From assembly GCA_905178155.1 (NCBI GenBank), contig CAJINV010000003.1, positions 7,063,612 through 7,127,611 of the forward strand: DNA of 64,000 bases. The letters are read 5' to 3'. Positions within the stretch are counted from its first letter, which is position 1. Each line of letters begins with the position of its first letter. The notes beneath the pieces were generated by a model. That model was not told the origin of the DNA, made no database searches, and worked only from the letters and a program-made list of their open reading frames with translations. The position numbers and the translations under genes were made by a program. This stretch comes from Amoebophrya sp. A120 (Eukaryota; Protista; Dinoflagellata). Shown here in pieces: positions 60,723-64,000 of this stretch.

Positions 60723-63197
60723 TCAGCCGCTTAAATGCGGCCAAGTGAAGCTTGGCAACGCCGCGTAAGGAATTAGTCTAAGGCGATGACACATGCGTAT
60801 TCCGTGCACATCAGCAATACAAATACTCTCCTTGGTTCCAGTGCCTTCGACTTCAATCTCAGTGGGCGCGTTGACTGCGCTATTCATCGATGCCGCAGCT
60901 GCTCCGCCGGACCGAGCGACACTGTAATCGTGTTGCAGTTCCTGCCGTATGGGTATCGCATCCGCCTCCCGCTCCAAGTAAACCACGTCTCGCTCACGTC
61001 GCTCCCACTTTCGCAGCACGTTCGCATAGGCTCGCAGCAAATCCCGACGCCATACAAAACGCCGCGAGGCGGAGGAGAGAAGACTCTTGCGAGGATCCGA
61101 GCCCTTTTTCTCACTTCCTATCGTTGTTTGCGTTTGGCCTTGTTCGTCATCTAGAGAGCTGAGACTCTTCGCAGTTCGCAGTAGCCCCTCCGCTGACACT
61201 ACCTGGTGCTGAAAGACGAGAACATTGGCAGCCGCGACAAGCAAGCGCGCTTTGCAAAACTGCAAAATCGCACGTTGGTGCGGTTGCAAAAACGCTTCGT
61301 CCAGCTTTGTCTCGTGACACGGGGCTGCGGACGTGGAGGAGAGTGCACTTGATGCCAGGTTCATTAGGGGCGAAATGTGCTCGGAGAGAGCCGCGTCCAA
61401 GTCGGTCTGTGTGGAATTGAATGAGCAAAATTGGTTGACCAAAATTTCGCATAGCACCGTCTGGCGCTGCATTGCTTCCAGGAACCGTGGGGGCAATTGG
61501 GCTGATCGGTCCACCTGCTGCAGCTCGGATTCATATTTTTCGGGTGTAGTAGAAGTACTAGCTCCATGCTCGTCTCTTTTTGAAAACTCGTCGTCATGCT
61601 CAGTCAGCAATAACCAATGGAATGCAGGAGCGTAATCGTTTTCCGTTCTCCTGCTTCTGTTATGGTCCTCACACGTCGACGGCGCAACGGACGACGAAGC
61701 TCCTGCAGCAGAGTTTTTACAGGCTGTACTAGCTCCCCCGGCAGGCGATGTGTCTACTCCCCTGCGCAGGTAGTTCGACCAGGTCCGATCACCTTCGCCG
61801 CCACCAGGAAAGGTCTCTCCGTCGGCGGCGTGCCCGGCGTCGAGTAGCAAAGGCAATACGTTGACGCAAGCGGTCGCAGGGTCCAGGTACACACTCCGCA
61901 TTGCTTCTGCGTCGGCTCGCAAAAAATCGCAAATTGCGTCTCCGGTCTGCTCGCTTGCGCTCTGAGATTGAGACCTACAGGTGTTAGGGGGCGTAGGTGT
62001 ACCTCCCACCTGATATGTCTCCCCTCGGTCCTGCACCCGATCCTCCTGCACACCGGCGGAGGTACTGGAACCTTTAGAAGGAAACGGTAACTCCTCGTTA
62101 TTTTCCTCGGAAGAGCACCCTGGGGCGGCGCGAGACGCAGCTACCAGACCGGCGCCGACAGCAGGAGCTGCCTTGAAGTTCACAAGCGCCTTTTTCAAAA
62201 AGAATGGACGATCTTCTGCGTTGATGGACTCAACTACGAAATGCGGCAGGAATCGCATTGTGTTGGAACGGACAAGGAGTCCCAGAGAAGATGAGGCAAC
62301 CCCAACCCTATTGTGTCTGCCCGAATGGTCCTCGCTAAGCGTATCCGCGTCCTCGACTTGAACGAAAGAAGAAGGCGGAACTTGAGCTTTGGCGCGCGTG
62401 GCGATGTCGGCCGCTCCAGTTATTTCGAGAGTTGTCAAGGAACAAGAAGCGACGGCGCCGTGCCCTCCATGAGCCACGTCAGTACTCATCGCTTTGTCGC
62501 GTGAAGATGACATCAAGCACGAGGCGTGCTCAAGGGCTGCTGTGTAGTAGGAGCTACGTATTCTTCTCTTCACTCGGTCCTCCGTCGACATTGCGGATGA
62601 CCCAGCCCAGGATCCTGCTAAGTGATGCGCCGCGTGAAGATGCTTTGCAGCATCGCGGTAGTGTTTCTGTGCAACCATTGCTTGTGCCAGCCAGAGATGA
62701 AGTCGGTACCTGTCACCGTCCATGCTAGCTTCGGGAAGGTTACGCAAAATATCCATCGCACGGCTCAAGGGGGCTACACATAATTCATACTTGCCGCTTT
62801 CCAATAGCCTGCGTCCTTGCTGCACCTCGGGCAAGCCATCGCTCAAGAACGAAGACGTCGTCGACATCCGACGCAGTAGTACTGGCACTGTTGTAGCACC
62901 TGGAGCGAAAAGTGAACTGCTGCGGCTGATCATGAGTGGCGGGGTGAAGCAAAGAAGCCGTCCCGCTGATAAAGTACATGAGCCCTTTTTTCTACCCGAG
63001 GACAGGAAATCACCCACGAGGGCAGCAGCTTTGGTAAAAACTGCTTCCCGAGTTGACGACGACGCAAAGAACCTCGCGACAAGTAGATGTCGCCGGTAGT
63101 TTATTCGGGGTCGTGCTGCCTGTCCTATCTCCACCCATTCACTTCCGTGACAACGAACGTGTCGAGCCGCGACCTCAGCTCGTCGACTTGACATCAC
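60723..63197 (-). CDS. Hypothetical 824-aa protein with TPR-like helices
   Basis: Long ORF with QGRRLLESGKYELCVAPLSRAMDIL, VSAEGLLRTA and YANVLRKWERRE; R/S-rich N-terminus. Confidence 0.7.
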   Translation of the reverse strand: MMSSRRAEVAARHVRCHGSEWVEIGQAARPRINYRRHLLVARFFASSSTREAVFTKAAALVGDFLSSGRKKGSCTLSAGRLLCFTPPLMISRSSSLFAPGATTVPVLLRRMSTTSSFLSDGLPEVQQGRRLLESGKYELCVAPLSRAMDILRNLPEASMDGDRYRLHLWLAQAMVAQKHYRDAAKHLHAAHHLAGSWAGSSAMSTEDRVKRRIRSSYYTAALEHASCLMSSSRDKAMSTDVAHGGHGAVASCSLTTLEITGAADIATRAKAQVPPSSFVQVEDADTLSEDHSGRHNRVGVASSSLGLLVRSNTMRFLPHFVVESINAEDRPFFLKKALVNFKAAPAVGAGLVAASRAAPGCSSEENNEELPFPSKGSSTSAGVQEDRVQDRGETYQVGGTPTPPNTCRSQSQSASEQTGDAICDFLRADAEAMRSVYLDPATACVNVLPLLLDAGHAADGETFPGGGEGDRTWSNYLRRGVDTSPAGGASTACKNSAAGASSSVAPSTCEDHNRSRRTENDYAPAFHWLLLTEHDDEFSKRDEHGASTSTTPEKYESELQQVDRSAQLPPRFLEAMQRQTVLCEILVNQFCSFNSTQTDLDAALSEHISPLMNLASSALSSTSAAPCHETKLDEAFLQPHQRAILQFCKARLLVAAANVLVFQHQVVSAEGLLRTAKSLSSLDDEQGQTQTTIGSEKKGSDPRKSLLSSASRRFVWRRDLLRAYANVLRKWERRERDVVYLEREADAIPIRQELQHDYSVARSGGAAAASMNSAVNAPTEIEVEGTGTKESICIADVHGIRMCHRLRLIPYAALPSFTWPHLSG

Positions 63198-64000
63198 GAA
63201 ATCGCTTTCGCTTGTGCCAGTGCGCGTGATAAACCAGATGCACGATCAAGCTTAAATAAAAACGTTGATAATTAAACAAACGAAAATGGGTAAAACAAAA
63301 AGTGAAAAACCTGTTAGAATTTCACGGCGCGCCTCTCTTTTGATAAATCATGATGATTTTGATTAATGGACGCAATTCCAATGATAGTATACTCTTTGGC
63401 TTTGCCTGCGGAATGCTCAACTACAACGACCAAAGATGGCATCACAACAACTAGAACTACGTGGTGGTGGTCTACGCGTCGTCGTAAAACTTGACTAGTA
63501 ACAAACAGTTTGTTCGACGGCAATCGATGTGAAAAAACAATTGATCTCGAGCAAGTACTAAGATTATAATTTTCAGACATATATAATAGCTATGATAGGG
63601 ATCCTCGAGGTCATGGATGTTGATCCATTTCCATTTTCATTGAATAAAGGTCATAGGGAGCCGGGTTCGAAGGGCATCCCAGTGAAGACCTTCCGCCCGC
63701 CAGTTACATCAACCTAATTCGATTCTCAGAAGTTGTGGCACGCACCGTTGACATACTTGATCAGCTTCTACAACATCTCTTTCACCATAGCCGTCCACGC
63801 CGAAAACTGTGACCAAGATTTGACCTTCCGCTGACCGACATGTTTTGTACCCGATCTAGCCACACTGCCGCTCCCCCCGCTGCAGCAACTACCGGATTAT
63901 TTATCTTCTTCTTTACGCTTTCAATGTGCTAGCCTAGTACGTTTAATATCATGCTGGTGATGAAGTAGATCATTCAGTACCTACAAGCATGCTTTGCTGT

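Noticed and set aside
63650-63710. GGTTCGAA T-loop-like motif suggesting a tRNA
   Set aside because: No cloverleaf stems could be built around it.

Overview
Eukaryotic genomic DNA. All recognisable host genes lie on the minus strand, and many introns are 235-390 nt with non-canonical splice sites, which fits a syndinian dinoflagellate such as Amoebophrya (inference). Main observation: a 9,885-bp element (963-10847) with a perfect 10-bp target-site duplication (TSD; CAAGAACAAG) and short imperfect terminal inverted repeats (TIRs) sits inside a 10.2-kb GT-AG intron of an RPAP3-like TPR gene. On the opposite strand it encodes two spliced genes, a D5-like superfamily-3 helicase and an IS1595/Merlin-type DDE transposase, and it has subterminal repeat arrays. 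It is a candidate helicase-carrying, possibly replicative, transposon. Second system: TA...TA-ended, 5-bp-TSD, inverted-repeat introners occupy introns of Sar1, an aldo-keto reductase and other genes. One ~310-bp MITE family is present twice, in opposite orientations, and appears to be an intron both times. Also present: a probable tyrosine-recombinase retroelement remnant, a direct-repeat-bounded hairpin element, a tandem-PC4 gene, a PAM2-bearing degenerate 3'-5' exonuclease, several low-complexity hypothetical genes, and a repeat-rich block around an assembly gap. All splice models and family calls were made by eye; no database search was run.
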